The position numbers were made by a program, and so were the translations under genes. A stretch of DNA of 64,000 nucleotides from Candidatus Latescibacterota bacterium (GTDB taxonomy: Bacteria; Latescibacterota; UBA2968; UBA8231), in assembly GCA_965206595.1 (NCBI GenBank), contig OZ242214.1, positions 128,001-192,000 on the forward strand. The letters run 5' to 3'. The notes under the pieces are model-generated. The model had not been told where the DNA came from. It saw nothing but the letters and a program-made list of their open reading frames with translations, and made no database searches. Numbering within the stretch: the first letter of the stretch is position 1; every line of letters begins with the position of its first letter. This document shows, in pieces, positions 27,157-36,962 of this stretch.

Positions 27157-28542
27157 CTACAGCGAGTTGAGGAAGGCGATCAGCGCCCGGCGGTCCTCCG
27201 CGCTCATCTCCCTCACCGCCTCCCTCGCCATTTCGGCTTCCCCTCCGTGGAACATGACCGCCTCCATCAGGGTGGCGGCGCGGCCGTCGTGGAGGTAGGC
27301 GGGATCCCCGTTCACCGTTGCCGTAAGGCCGATGCCCCACAGGGGCGGGGTCCGCCACTCGCGGCCGTCCGCCTCGTAGTCGGGGCGGCGATCGGCCAAC
27401 TCATCCCCCATGTCGTGCAGCAGCAAGTCCGTGAAGGGGTGGATGACCTGGTTCGAAAGGGAGGCTACCTCGTGCGGCCCCGTGCGCAACCCAGGGACGT
27501 GACAGGCGGCGCAACCTGCTTCGGCGAACTGCATCTCCCCCCTCAGGGCAACAGGGTCGTCGAGGTCGCGGCGCGCCGGCACCGCAAGGGTGGCGACATA
27601 GAAAACCACGTCGTCGAGAATCTCCGGGGAGAGCTCGGGATCGTCGTCGAGGCCATCGACCTGCGGCTGGCCTGCCGTGGACTCGCGCGGGAAATAGGGA
27701 GTGGTGATGCCGATGTCCTCCCTGTAGGCCGTGGCCACCTGCTGCAGCAGGGTGGGGTGGTTCGCCTTCCAGCCGAAGCGGCCGAGCACGGTGCGCCCTG
27801 CCCGGATGTCGAAGACGTAGTTGGGCCTTCCGGAGATGCCGTCTCCGTCGGCGTCCCCCGGGTCGGCGAGGGCGAGGATCCCGGATTCGTCGACCGCCTC
27901 GAGTAGACCGCGGCCGAACACGGGGGGCGCCATGCGCACCGAGGTGAGCACCCCCGCCGGCAGGTCGATGTAGGTGTCGGTCAGGTCGTAGGTCGGATGG
28001 CGCAGGGTGTAGGTCCCGCCATCGGCGAAGCGGCCTTCCTCCTCGAACCAGCTCGTCCCCACCCGCCCCTCGGGGGAAACTCCGAAGATCGCCCGGTCCC
28101 CGATCTGCAGGCCGAACCCGGGAACGGGCGCCGGTGCTCCCGGATGCTCGGAGCCGGCGCCCGGCAGGCTGACCTGCATCAGCGAAGACCCGACGAACGG
28201 GGCGCTCTCGCCGAACCCGGAGCGGCCGCGGCCGTCGCGCCCGTGGCAGCCGACGCACGAGGTCTGGTTGAAGACCGGACCGAGGCCGCCGTTGACCTCG
28301 GCGGGGGCGCTGACGAACACCGCTTCGAAGGCGGCGTCGCCGGCAAGGAAGCGCGCCATCTGGTTCGCCTCGAGGCCCGGTACCGGGTTCTCGAAAGCAG
28401 TGCTGGCCGCGTCGAAAACGGTCGCCGCCCCTCCGGAGAGCGCCTTGTCGTCCAGGGGGGGCGGGGGCGAGGTTGGGCTGCGGTCGCCGCAGCCCAAGAG
28501 GAGGAACGCGGCGAGAAAGCCGGTGTACTGGCCGCGGTTCAT
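27157..28542 (-). CDS. Di-heme oxidoreductase-family (DHOR) lipoprotein
   Basis: Lipobox LLGC; heme motifs CVGCH and CAACH; GRFGWKA; WRTPPLWG; LHDGRA. Confidence 0.9.
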   Translation of the reverse strand: MNRGQYTGFLAAFLLLGCGDRSPTSPPPPLDDKALSGGAATVFDAASTAFENPVPGLEANQMARFLAGDAAFEAVFVSAPAEVNGGLGPVFNQTSCVGCHGRDGRGRSGFGESAPFVGSSLMQVSLPGAGSEHPGAPAPVPGFGLQIGDRAIFGVSPEGRVGTSWFEEEGRFADGGTYTLRHPTYDLTDTYIDLPAGVLTSVRMAPPVFGRGLLEAVDESGILALADPGDADGDGISGRPNYVFDIRAGRTVLGRFGWKANHPTLLQQVATAYREDIGITTPYFPRESTAGQPQVDGLDDDPELSPEILDDVVFYVATLAVPARRDLDDPVALRGEMQFAEAGCAACHVPGLRTGPHEVASLSNQVIHPFTDLLLHDMGDELADRRPDYEADGREWRTPPLWGIGLTATVNGDPAYLHDGRAATLMEAVMFHGGEAEMAREAVREMSAEDRRALIAFLNSL

Positions 28543-28575
28543 GTCATGTGGGCCCCGTACCCGCCACCAACAACT

Positions 28576-29649
28576 TTACAGCTCGAGAACCAACGGAAGG
28601 ACATCCTCCTCCAAAATCTGCTGCACCCTGGCGATCGCCTGCTGTGCCTTCTCGATCTGGCCGGCGTCGCTGGCGATGGCGTCGCGGAAGGGGTTGCTGA
28701 TCATGCCGATCTCGTCGATGGCGGCCTGGATCTCTCCCTTGAGACCGCTGTCGAGGTCGGCGTCCCGGGAAGCGATGAACTCGTCGAGGCCGCTCCCCTC
28801 GTTGCCCCCGTAGTCTCCGGTGTAGGCGTTCCAGACGCTGCGCATGTTGTTCTGGAAGTCCTCGAGGGAGTTGAAGCTGAACTGGGATTCCACCAGCCTC
28901 GGATCCTGTTCGCTGAAGGGGTCGGCAATCTTGCCGTTGGCGACTTCGTCGCAGATCCCGATCATGCCGTTGACGATCTCCTGGACCGCGGACTGTTGAG
29001 AGGGGTAGATGTCGCTGCCGCTGCCGGCCTCGACGACCTTGGAGACGAAGTTTCCGCCCGAGGGGACCCAGCTGTCGTGCAGGTCCGACGCCGTCTGTTC
29101 GAGGACGCGCGTGCTGGCGACGAGGTAGTCGAACTGGCGATCTGTGAAGTCCCCGGGGGACTTGCCGCTCCCCTCGCCGAACAGCAGGTACTCGATGGTG
29201 TGGAACCCCTTCAAGGTCCCGTCCAGGCCGTTGACGTACTCGGCGAGGAGGTCGTTGTCGCTGGCCATCACTCCGTCGAGGTCGGTGCGGTTGACGGGCC
29301 AGCTGTCCAGGGCGGGATCGTAGCCGTTGAAGTCGACCGGTCCGAAGAGGAAACCCTCGCTCGCCTCCCAGGGGGCGCGGGCGGCGACCCAGGCGCCGCG
29401 AGCCGTTTCCAGGGTGGCGTCGGTCGGGTTATCCCGCAGGGCGGCCACGGCGTCGGCCAGGGCCCCCGCCGCGGCATCCAGATCGCGGTAGGTAGGGATG
29501 ACGACGTTGTTGCCGAAGTCCTCCAGGATCGGTCCGAAGTCGAACGACTCGCTGCCGGGGCCGGTGACGCTGTCGTCGTCGTCTCCGCAGGCAGTCAGGC
29601 CGAGCATGGAGGCCAGAACGGCGGGAAGGAGTTTCGTGCGGTGTGGCAT
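28576..29649 (-). CDS. Imelysin-family (IrpA/IcmP-like) iron-regulated lipoprotein
   Basis: Lipobox LTAC; LDSWP; GFHTIE (GxHxxE); ESQFSFNS; ATG at 29649 with GGAG upstream. Confidence 0.9.
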   Translation of the reverse strand: MPHRTKLLPAVLASMLGLTACGDDDDSVTGPGSESFDFGPILEDFGNNVVIPTYRDLDAAAGALADAVAALRDNPTDATLETARGAWVAARAPWEASEGFLFGPVDFNGYDPALDSWPVNRTDLDGVMASDNDLLAEYVNGLDGTLKGFHTIEYLLFGEGSGKSPGDFTDRQFDYLVASTRVLEQTASDLHDSWVPSGGNFVSKVVEAGSGSDIYPSQQSAVQEIVNGMIGICDEVANGKIADPFSEQDPRLVESQFSFNSLEDFQNNMRSVWNAYTGDYGGNEGSGLDEFIASRDADLDSGLKGEIQAAIDEIGMISNPFRDAIASDAGQIEKAQQAIARVQQILEEDVLPLVLEL

Positions 29650-29680
29650 GGGATACTCTCCGGTTGAGGGTGAGCCAAAT

Positions 29681-30910
29681 TCAGAACTGGAATCCGAGCG
29701 CCAGTCCAAGGGTGTTTTCGTCGTTGAAGCGCGCCGCCCCGAGCCGGCGCATGGCATAGTCGGCCTTGACCACGAGCTTGCCGGCAACGGCGTAGTTGAC
29801 GCCAAGTGTGTAGACCCGGCGGTCGAATCGGGGATTGTCGAAGAATCCCTCCGGCACCTCGGCCATGGTGTCGTAGTCGTCGTAGCGGGCGAACAGGTCG
29901 AGCCGCTCTCCCGGCCGGGTAGCCAGCCACGGCAGGACGTCGTAGCCCGCCTCGAGATAAAGGGCGTTCGCGGCGCTGGCCACGGGGCTGCGCAGCACGT
30001 CGAGATTGTTGGAAAGGGTGCGGTTGCGGGCGCTCACCGCGGCGGCGTTCCCAAGCCGCCCGTGGAGGAACAGGCCGCGGGCGCGCAGACGCCTGCCTGT
30101 GAAGTGGGCGTGGATGTCGGAGATGGTGACGTTAGCGGAGGTTCCCTTCATGTCCGGCTTGGGGCGGTTGGCGGCGCTGTCGCCGCGATACAGGGAGACG
30201 CCGATCAGGGCACCCCGGGCAGGCTCGAAATCGACCCGGCCGGCGATGGCAAGCGCGTCGGCCCTGACCTGCTCGAAACGCAGCTGATGGCCCCCGGCCA
30301 CCCACCTCTGGGAGCTGAACCCGGTGGCGTCGAGTCCGTTGACCACCTGCAGGCGCCAGCGCCAGCTTCGAACCCCGCCCGACGCCTCGATCCCGGTCTC
30401 GTGCCACAAGGCGGGGATCATCGACGTCTCCGCCTCCGAGCGCACGGTGCCGTAGAAGTCGAGGGGGTGGTAGAGGCTGGAAAGCAGTCCGACGGCGACG
30501 TAGAAATGGCCGGCGCTGACGTCGAGGTTGTCGCCGAAGGAGCGTTTGACGTACAGCTCCTCCAGGATCACCTCGCCCCCTTTCTCGACTTCCTGCTCGA
30601 ACTCGCCGAACTCCTCGTACTCCAGCTCCAGGGCGCCCCCGGTTCCCCCGTGCTCGAACTCCACTTCCGCTTCCAGCTCCAGGTGGGGCAACAGCTCCGC
30701 TTCGAGCTCCAGTGCAAGCCTGGTGACGTCGATGAGGGCGCGGTTGCCGGGAGCCGAACCCTCGGGCAGGCTCTTCTGATCGGGACCGTAGTCGAAGCGC
30801 CAGTAGTTGATCTCCCCGTAGCCGCTCAGCCGCAACGGAGTCTCCCCCGCGGCCGCAAGCAGGGGTGTCAGGAAGAGAAGGCAGGCGATGGCGGACGCCC
30901 AGGTTCTCAC
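29681..30910 (-). CDS. Outer-membrane porin associated with the imelysin cluster
   Basis: Signal peptide, LSGYGE, EVEFEHG, IPALWHETG, C-terminal GFQF. GTG at 30910 chosen for its RBS and signal peptide. Confidence 0.8.
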   Translation of the reverse strand: MRTWASAIACLLFLTPLLAAAGETPLRLSGYGEINYWRFDYGPDQKSLPEGSAPGNRALIDVTRLALELEAELLPHLELEAEVEFEHGGTGGALELEYEEFGEFEQEVEKGGEVILEELYVKRSFGDNLDVSAGHFYVAVGLLSSLYHPLDFYGTVRSEAETSMIPALWHETGIEASGGVRSWRWRLQVVNGLDATGFSSQRWVAGGHQLRFEQVRADALAIAGRVDFEPARGALIGVSLYRGDSAANRPKPDMKGTSANVTISDIHAHFTGRRLRARGLFLHGRLGNAAAVSARNRTLSNNLDVLRSPVASAANALYLEAGYDVLPWLATRPGERLDLFARYDDYDTMAEVPEGFFDNPRFDRRVYTLGVNYAVAGKLVVKADYAMRRLGAARFNDENTLGLALGFQF

Positions 30911-31168
30911 TGCCCGGGTTACTCTTCCCGTGGATCTTTCGACATCCGGACGCGGATCCACCCCCGTCTCCGTGATCCTGTCCATCCCGTCATGAGGCGT
31001 TGCCTGTCCTCGTAATCCCCCCTGGAATGCCTGGCTCAGGCGCCGGGGCGACGGCTCCGGTCCGGTCCATCGAACTACCATCAGTTGAGTCGTACGTTAT
31101 GTTGCTCACGAGAGCATGAAGGGGGCAGTCTGCAAAATTGCATGCGCACGGCTTCTGGTCGTTCTCCG

Positions 31169-31214
31169 GGGCTATCGGTGGTTCGCTGGCAGGCTGCAAC
31201 CGATAGCCCTTTTT
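31169..31214 (+). terminator. Terminator-like hairpin on the strand opposite to the flanking genes
   Basis: GGGCTATCGGT-N19-ACCGATAGCCC followed by TTTTT. Confidence 0.45.
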
Positions 31215-31376
31215 CGTTCTGGCGATCAGCCGGTGAATCCGTTCGTCGGCTGACTTTTGCAACCGGGAGAGAGTGGCTGGTTCCCAATCGGTTGTCTTCC
31301 CAATCATTTGATTCGCATGCCAAATATATGATTATAAAGGCAATCGCATGAGTTGGTATCCAATCAAACGTTTGGC

Positions 31377-31411
31377 AAGACAAACAAGCGGATGGCAAAC
31401 GAAACATCCGC
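31377..31411 (-). terminator. Candidate terminator of the purD operon
   Basis: Minus strand GCGGATG-N10-CATCCGC followed by TTGTTTGTCTT, 65 nt after the purD stop. Confidence 0.5.
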
Positions 31412-31475
31412 CAGACGGATTTGTCAAGTCAATTTTTCGGCCTATCGCCGCTCGATGCTGCTTTCTGGTTTTGGT

Positions 31476-32792
31476 TTACAACCGGGCGAGCGCCCGGTGT
31501 GCGATGTCGCCGCGGTAGTACTTTCCCTCGAAGGAAACGGCATCGACCGCCTCGTACACCTTGTCGACGGCCGCGGCGATTCCGGGAGCCATCGCGGTGA
31601 CGCCCAGGATCCGCCCCGACGCCGTCAGCAGCTTGTCCCCCGCCCGCTCGGTGCCGGCGTGGAAGGCGAACACATCCTCGCGGCCGTCGAACTTGCCGAG
31701 GCCGGAGATCTCCTTTCCGGTCTCGTACGATCCGGGGTAGCCCGCGGAGGCGAGAACGACGCAGACAGCGGCCCCGCTCCGGGTGCGCACGCTGTCGCGG
31801 ATCTTGCCGATGTCTCCCTGAGCGGAGGCCAGCAACAGCTCAACGAGGTCGGACTCGAGCAGGGGCAGAACGACTTGGGCTTCGGGATCGCCGAAACGGC
31901 AGTTGAACTCCACGACCCTGGGATGGCCTTTCACTATTATGATGCCGGTGTACAGCACGCCTCGGTAAGGACAGCCCAGGCGCCTCATCTCCCGCAGCAC
32001 CGGCGCCACGATCTCCGCTTCGACTCGGGCCGTCATCCCGGCGGTCATGACCGGCGCCGGAGCGTACGCTCCCATTCCCCCTGTATTGGGGCCGCGGTCC
32101 CCGTCGAATATCGCCTTGTGGTCCTGGGCCGGAACGAGGCTGACGAACTCGTCGCCGTCGGTGATGGAAAACAGCGAGGCCTCTTCGCCGTCCATGAAAT
32201 CCTCGATGACGACCTCGGAGCCGGCGTCGCCGAACTGACGGTCGACCATGCGCTCACGCACCGCGGCGACCGCCTCCTCAGCCCGGTGGCAGACCGCCAC
32301 TCCTTTTCCCGCGGCCAGGCCGGTCGCCTTTACGACGATCGGCGTCCCCCTCTCCTCGACGTAGGCAAGCGCTTCCCCGCTGTCGGTGAAGGTGCGGTGG
32401 GCCGCGGTCGGCACCCCGATCCGGGCCATCAGCTCTTTCGAGAAGCGCTTGTCGGTTTCGATGCGCGCCGCCGCGGCGGTCGGACCGAACACAGGCAGCC
32501 CCGCGGCCGTGAACTCGTCGACGAGGCCGCCGGCGAGGGCATCATCGGGACCGACGACCGTCAGGGCGATCCGCCGCTCCGAGGCGAAGTCGCGCAGCCT
32601 GAGAATCTCGAAGCGCAGCCTCTCCATGTCCGAGGAAGGGGTGTCGACGCGTATATCCGGGAGGCAGGCGGCCAGCGCGGCCAGGCCCGGGCTCCCGGGC
32701 GCGGCGAAGATTTCGGATACGAGCGGACTCCGGGCGATCTTCCACGCGAGAGCGTGCTCCCGCCCACCTTTGCCGACGATCAACACCTTCAT
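31476..32792 (-). CDS. purD: Phosphoribosylamine-glycine ligase
   Basis: GKGGREHALAW, GLAAGKGV, QDHK, GPNTGGMGAY, EFNCRFGDPE. Confidence 0.98.
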   Translation of the reverse strand: MKVLIVGKGGREHALAWKIARSPLVSEIFAAPGSPGLAALAACLPDIRVDTPSSDMERLRFEILRLRDFASERRIALTVVGPDDALAGGLVDEFTAAGLPVFGPTAAAARIETDKRFSKELMARIGVPTAAHRTFTDSGEALAYVEERGTPIVVKATGLAAGKGVAVCHRAEEAVAAVRERMVDRQFGDAGSEVVIEDFMDGEEASLFSITDGDEFVSLVPAQDHKAIFDGDRGPNTGGMGAYAPAPVMTAGMTARVEAEIVAPVLREMRRLGCPYRGVLYTGIIIVKGHPRVVEFNCRFGDPEAQVVLPLLESDLVELLLASAQGDIGKIRDSVRTRSGAAVCVVLASAGYPGSYETGKEISGLGKFDGREDVFAFHAGTERAGDKLLTASGRILGVTAMAPGIAAAVDKVYEAVDAVSFEGKYYRGDIAHRALARL

Positions 32793-32834
32793 GCAGCGGT
32801 CTCCTCGTGATTTGGGGCAGGAAGCCTGCTCGAA

Positions 32835-33785
32835 CTACGCGTATCCGAACTCCTTCAGGTCGCGGTCGCGGTTGCGCCAGTCGCGGCGCACCTTTACCCG
32901 CAGCTCGAGATAAACCTCGCGGTCGAGCAGCTCTTCGATGCCCGCCCTGGCGCGGCTGCCGATTCTCTTCAGCATGCTGCCCCCGCGCCCGATGACGATC
33001 CCCTTCTGGCTCTCGCGGTCGACGTAGAGAACCGCGCTGACGTAGGTCTTTTCCCGTCTGGGGGAATCCCCTCGACGGGAGCCTTCCGCTTCGGGGTCGC
33101 GGAAGTCATCGACGTCGACGGCGATCGCGTAGGGCAACTCCTCGGAAAGCTGTTCGAAGGCCGCCTCGCGGACCAGCTCGCCGGCAAAGAACCGCTCCGG
33201 CTGGTCGGCGATGACCTCGTCCGGGTAGAGCCTCGCCCCCAACGGCAGCGCCGCTTCCAGCTCGGCCAGCAACGGGGGGACGTTCTCCCCCGTGACGGCT
33301 GAAACCGCACGCAGGGTATCCAGGCCGAGGTCGCCGGCGACAGCGGCGGCAACCCGCTCGCGGGAATCCTTCGGGATCGTATCGATCTTGTTCAGCGCCG
33401 CCATCACCGGTGCCTTCGCTCTCTCAAGGAAGGAGCTTACCAGGTCGATGCGGTTGCGCGGCCGCGATCCGTCGACGAGCAGCAGGATCACGTCGGCGTC
33501 GCGGGCCGAGCGGTCGATCTGACGTCCCATGGTCTCGTGCAGGCGGTAGCTCGGCTCCAGGAGGCCAGGGGTGTCGAGGAAGATCATCTGGCTCTCCGGG
33601 CGGCTGAGGATTCCGCGAATGCTGCAGCGCGTCGTCTGGGCCTTGGCGGTGACGATCGACAGCCGCTGCCCGAGGAAGGCGTTGAACAGGGTCGACTTGC
33701 CCGCGTTCGGCCGCCCGACGAGGGCGACGTATCCGCAGCGTGTGGCGGCGGACGGGGTAGGTGGATCGTTGGCTGGTGCGCTCAG
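32835..33785 (-). CDS. era: GTPase Era; probable CTG start at 33785
   Basis: My manual translation upstream of ATG 33587 gives GYVALVGRPNAGKSTL (G1) and KAQTTR (G2), in frame with DTPG, NKID and the KH motif IGRGG. Confidence 0.95.
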   Translation of the reverse strand: MSAPANDPPTPSAATRCGYVALVGRPNAGKSTLFNAFLGQRLSIVTAKAQTTRCSIRGILSRPESQMIFLDTPGLLEPSYRLHETMGRQIDRSARDADVILLLVDGSRPRNRIDLVSSFLERAKAPVMAALNKIDTIPKDSRERVAAAVAGDLGLDTLRAVSAVTGENVPPLLAELEAALPLGARLYPDEVIADQPERFFAGELVREAAFEQLSEELPYAIAVDVDDFRDPEAEGSRRGDSPRREKTYVSAVLYVDRESQKGIVIGRGGSMLKRIGSRARAGIEELLDREVYLELRVKVRRDWRNRDRDLKEFGYA

Positions 33786-34711
33786 AAGTCCGTGGTCGCC
33801 GAGAAGACGTAGGTCGCCTCGAGATCGTGCCGCTGATAGGCCAGGTCCAGCCGCAGCATGTCGTGCGCCCGGATGCCGATACCGAAGGCCTGGCGCTCTT
33901 CCTGGAGACCCGTTCTCAGGGCGAGCCTTCCCAGGTCGTACTCGATCCCTGCAAGCATCGCGGCGGCTCCGCCGGAGGCGTCGCCCCCCCCGGTACCCCC
34001 CAGCGCGAGATTGGCACGGCCCTGCCCCACGGCCCGGGTGATTGCGGCGGCGAGGAGGACGGAAGGCCGGATGGGGTCGCTGGTACCGGTGCTCCAGGAA
34101 ATCGGCGAGGTGGGGGCATCACGCAGGACCGCGGCGATAGCCACTCCCGGGGACAGGCGAAAGCGGGCGCCGAGGTCGAGCCCGGCTCCGTAGGCGCTGA
34201 AGCTCGCCACGGTTCTGTACACGACTTTCACGCTCGCCCCGAGGTCAAGGCGGTCCGAGGCGCAGCGGCCGGCGGATAGGTACAGGGCGTAGTCCGAACT
34301 GACCTCCATGGAGGAGACCTGCGGCCGGTTGTCGGCACTCAGAGGGGCGCCGGGATCGGGCAGCGCCGTGAAAGCGATGTCGCCTACGGCCAGCCGCAAC
34401 ATCCCGACCGAAACGCCGTCGAAGAGCAGAAACCGCTCGAAGTTGACGGCGGCGAAGTCGTGCGAGACGAGACCGGCATACCGCTCGGAGTGCATCAGGT
34501 GGGCGCTGCGCTCGAGACCGGTCAGGGCCGCCGGGTTCCAGTAACCGGCGGTCGCGTCGTCGACCAGGGCGAGGCTGGCGCTCCCGAGAGCGAGGCCGCG
34601 AGCCCCGGCTCCGACGGCGAGAAACTCGCCGGCATAGCCTGTGTCCGCGGAGGCCGGCCCCCGGCCGGGGAGCAGGATCACGGCGGCGAGCAGAATCGGG
34701 GGAAATTTCAT
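33782..34711 (-). CDS. PorV/UPF0164-family outer-membrane barrel (second paralog)
   Basis: FLAVGAGARGLALG, YWNPAAL, GLDLG, C-terminal Phe; ATG at 34711. Confidence 0.8.
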   Translation of the reverse strand: MKFPPILLAAVILLPGRGPASADTGYAGEFLAVGAGARGLALGSASLALVDDATAGYWNPAALTGLERSAHLMHSERYAGLVSHDFAAVNFERFLLFDGVSVGMLRLAVGDIAFTALPDPGAPLSADNRPQVSSMEVSSDYALYLSAGRCASDRLDLGASVKVVYRTVASFSAYGAGLDLGARFRLSPGVAIAAVLRDAPTSPISWSTGTSDPIRPSVLLAAAITRAVGQGRANLALGGTGGGDASGGAAAMLAGIEYDLGRLALRTGLQEERQAFGIGIRAHDMLRLDLAYQRHDLEATYVFSATTDF

Positions 34712-34764
34712 TGCGGAAAGTGTATGTGGGGCCCCGGGGAGGGTCAAGAAAGTCGGACGCCGGC

Positions 34765-36120
34765 TCAGCTTACCAATATGAGACGCAGGTCCATCACATT
34801 TGTGCCCGTGGGCCCGATCATCAGAAGGTCGTTCAGCGGCCGGAAGAAGTGGTAGGAGTCGTTGTTGTCGAGGAAGCTGACCGGGTCGAGTCCGTGTTCG
34901 CGGGCGCGGGGGACGGTGTCGCCGTCACAGACCGCGCCCGCGGCATCGGTAGGCCCGTCGGTGCCGTCGGTGCCGCTGCTCAGAACCGTGATCCCTTCGC
35001 CGCCTTCCAGCAACAGGGCCGCGGCAAGGGCGAACTCCTGGTTGCGCCCCCCCTTTCCCGTGCCCCTGACGGCAACCGTGGTTTCCCCGCCGCTGATGAT
35101 GCAGGCGGGCGGGGCGACAGGCTGGCCGCTGGCCGCGACCTCTTCGGCGATGGCGACGTGGACGCCTGCCACTTCCCGGGTTTCGCCTGCGATCCGTGAG
35201 GACAGCACGAGTGGCTCGTAACCCAGCTCGCGCGCCTTGCGCTCCGCCGCCCCGATAGCAAGGCTGTTGTTCCCGACTACCAGATTGAGGGCGTTGCGGA
35301 AACAGTCCTCCCCGGCCCCGGGAGTATCGGCCGTTTTTTCAAGACGCCCCTCTTCGATGCAGGTGAGAACTGCCTCGGGAATCCTCGACTGGATTCCGTA
35401 GCGCGCGAAGATCGCGTCACAATCGGCAAAGGAGGTCGGGTCGGGGTAGGTCGGCCCCGAGGCGATGGTGTCGAGCCGGTCCCCGATGACGTCGGAAATC
35501 ATCAGGGACAGGGTCGGGGCGGGGTGCGAGAGCCGGGCGAGACGGCCCCCCTTGAGGCGGGACAGGTGCTTGCGAACCGCGTTTATCTCGGCGATGGTCG
35601 CACCGCAGGCCAGCAGCTCCCGGGTCGTCAGCTGCTTTTCGGCGAGGGTGATCTCCGGGACCGGAGCGGGCATCAGCGCCGACCCTCCCCCGGAGAAGAG
35701 ACACAGCAGCAGCGTCGAATCGCCGCAGCGGCCAGCGAGCTCCAGCATCTTCAGGGTTCCGGCGACGCCTGCTTCGTCCGGTAGCGGGTGCCCTGCTTCC
35801 GTCGTCTCGATGCGCTCGAGAGGCACCGCGTGTCCGTACTTGGTGTTGATCGCCCCCGCGGTGATGCGGTTCCCGAGGCGCTCTTCCACCGCGGCAGCCA
35901 TCGCCGGGGTCGCCTTGCCCGCACCGATCACCAATATCTCGGTGAACCGGTCCAGATCGTAGGACCTGCCTGCCACGAGAAGGCGTCCGCAATCGACCTG
36001 CAACGCCTCGAGCACGCATCGGTGCGGGTCGGCCGCGGCCACGGCCGCCGCGAAGATATCGGAGGCATCGGCTCGCCGCTGTTCCGCCCGGGTACGGCGG
36101 GAGGCGCCGGAGGGCGGCAT
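34765..36120 (-). CDS. Glycerate 2-kinase (type II, MOFRL/TtuD family)
   Basis: GAGKA, GHPLPD, SGGGSAL, ISDVIGD, GGETTV, GGRNQE, GTDGTDG, TGTNVMD. Confidence 0.93.
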   Translation of the reverse strand: MPPSGASRRTRAEQRRADASDIFAAAVAAADPHRCVLEALQVDCGRLLVAGRSYDLDRFTEILVIGAGKATPAMAAAVEERLGNRITAGAINTKYGHAVPLERIETTEAGHPLPDEAGVAGTLKMLELAGRCGDSTLLLCLFSGGGSALMPAPVPEITLAEKQLTTRELLACGATIAEINAVRKHLSRLKGGRLARLSHPAPTLSLMISDVIGDRLDTIASGPTYPDPTSFADCDAIFARYGIQSRIPEAVLTCIEEGRLEKTADTPGAGEDCFRNALNLVVGNNSLAIGAAERKARELGYEPLVLSSRIAGETREVAGVHVAIAEEVAASGQPVAPPACIISGGETTVAVRGTGKGGRNQEFALAAALLLEGGEGITVLSSGTDGTDGPTDAAGAVCDGDTVPRAREHGLDPVSFLDNNDSYHFFRPLNDLLMIGPTGTNVMDLRLILVS

Positions 36121-36248
36121 CAGGGAAGCGGCCCTGGGCAGAGCGGATTCCGGGCGGGGTTCATACAGGTTGGGGCTGTCTCCGAAGTCGGCTTTCCGGC
36201 TCGCCCTTCCAAAGCGGTTTCCACAAACAACCGGCGGGATGGTGGGGT

Positions 36249-36878
36249 TCAGTATTGCCGCATAAGGCCGACGACCTTGCCGGCGATGCGGAACTCCCCG
36301 CTCTCTCCAGTGACCACGATCGGGGCGAAGTTGTCGTTCTCGGGAAGAAGTCGTACCCCCGATTTATCGCGCTGGAAGCGTTTGACCGTGGCCTCGTCGT
36401 CGATCAGGGCGACGACGATCTCACCCCCTTCGGCGGTTTCCTGGTGCCGTGCAACGACGATGTCGCCGTCGAGTATACCGGCATCGCGCATGCTCTCCCC
36501 GTGCACGCGCAGGGCGAACAGTTCTCCGGATGCCTGGGCGATCGCCCTGTCGACCTGCAGCGTTGTTTCCACGTTCTCCTCCGCCAGTATCGGGGTGCCC
36601 GCGGCGACATGGCCGAGCAGCGGGATCTCGAGGGTGTTTCCCGCCCGCGGTATGCGCTCCGCGAAATCGACCAGCTCGATCCCGCGCGACAGGCGCGGAT
36701 GCCGGCGTATGTATCCCTTCTTTTCCAGCGCCGCCAGGGTGGTGCGGACGCCGTTCGTGGAGGATATGCCGAACTCCACCATGATTTCCCGTATCGTCGG
36801 AGGGGCTCCGCGGCTGCGGATGATCCCCGCAATGAAATCGAAGATGGTCTGCTGTCTGGACGTCAGGCTTTTGCGCAT
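36249..36878 (-). CDS. lexA: SOS transcriptional repressor LexA
   Basis: LTSRQ, PPTIREI, VAAG cleavage site, GESM catalytic Ser, TVKR catalytic Lys. Confidence 0.97.
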   Translation of the reverse strand: MRKSLTSRQQTIFDFIAGIIRSRGAPPTIREIMVEFGISSTNGVRTTLAALEKKGYIRRHPRLSRGIELVDFAERIPRAGNTLEIPLLGHVAAGTPILAEENVETTLQVDRAIAQASGELFALRVHGESMRDAGILDGDIVVARHQETAEGGEIVVALIDDEATVKRFQRDKSGVRLLPENDNFAPIVVTGESGEFRIAGKVVGLMRQY

Positions 36879-36962
36879 GCCGAAAAGCTCCTGGTTCGCT
36901 CCGTGGAATGCCGCACGCTCTGTTCCGGCACCGAATGTGGGGAAAAACGGACGGTGCCTCTA

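Noticed and set aside
31125-31141. GCAGT-CTGCAAA-ATTGC resembles a tRNA-Cys anticodon arm
   Set aside because: No D-arm, no GTTCRA T-loop and no 7-bp acceptor stem around it; probably chance.
30990-31307. 105-aa ORF upstream of the porin
   Set aside because: Atypical codon usage, no RBS or motif; treated as non-coding leader.
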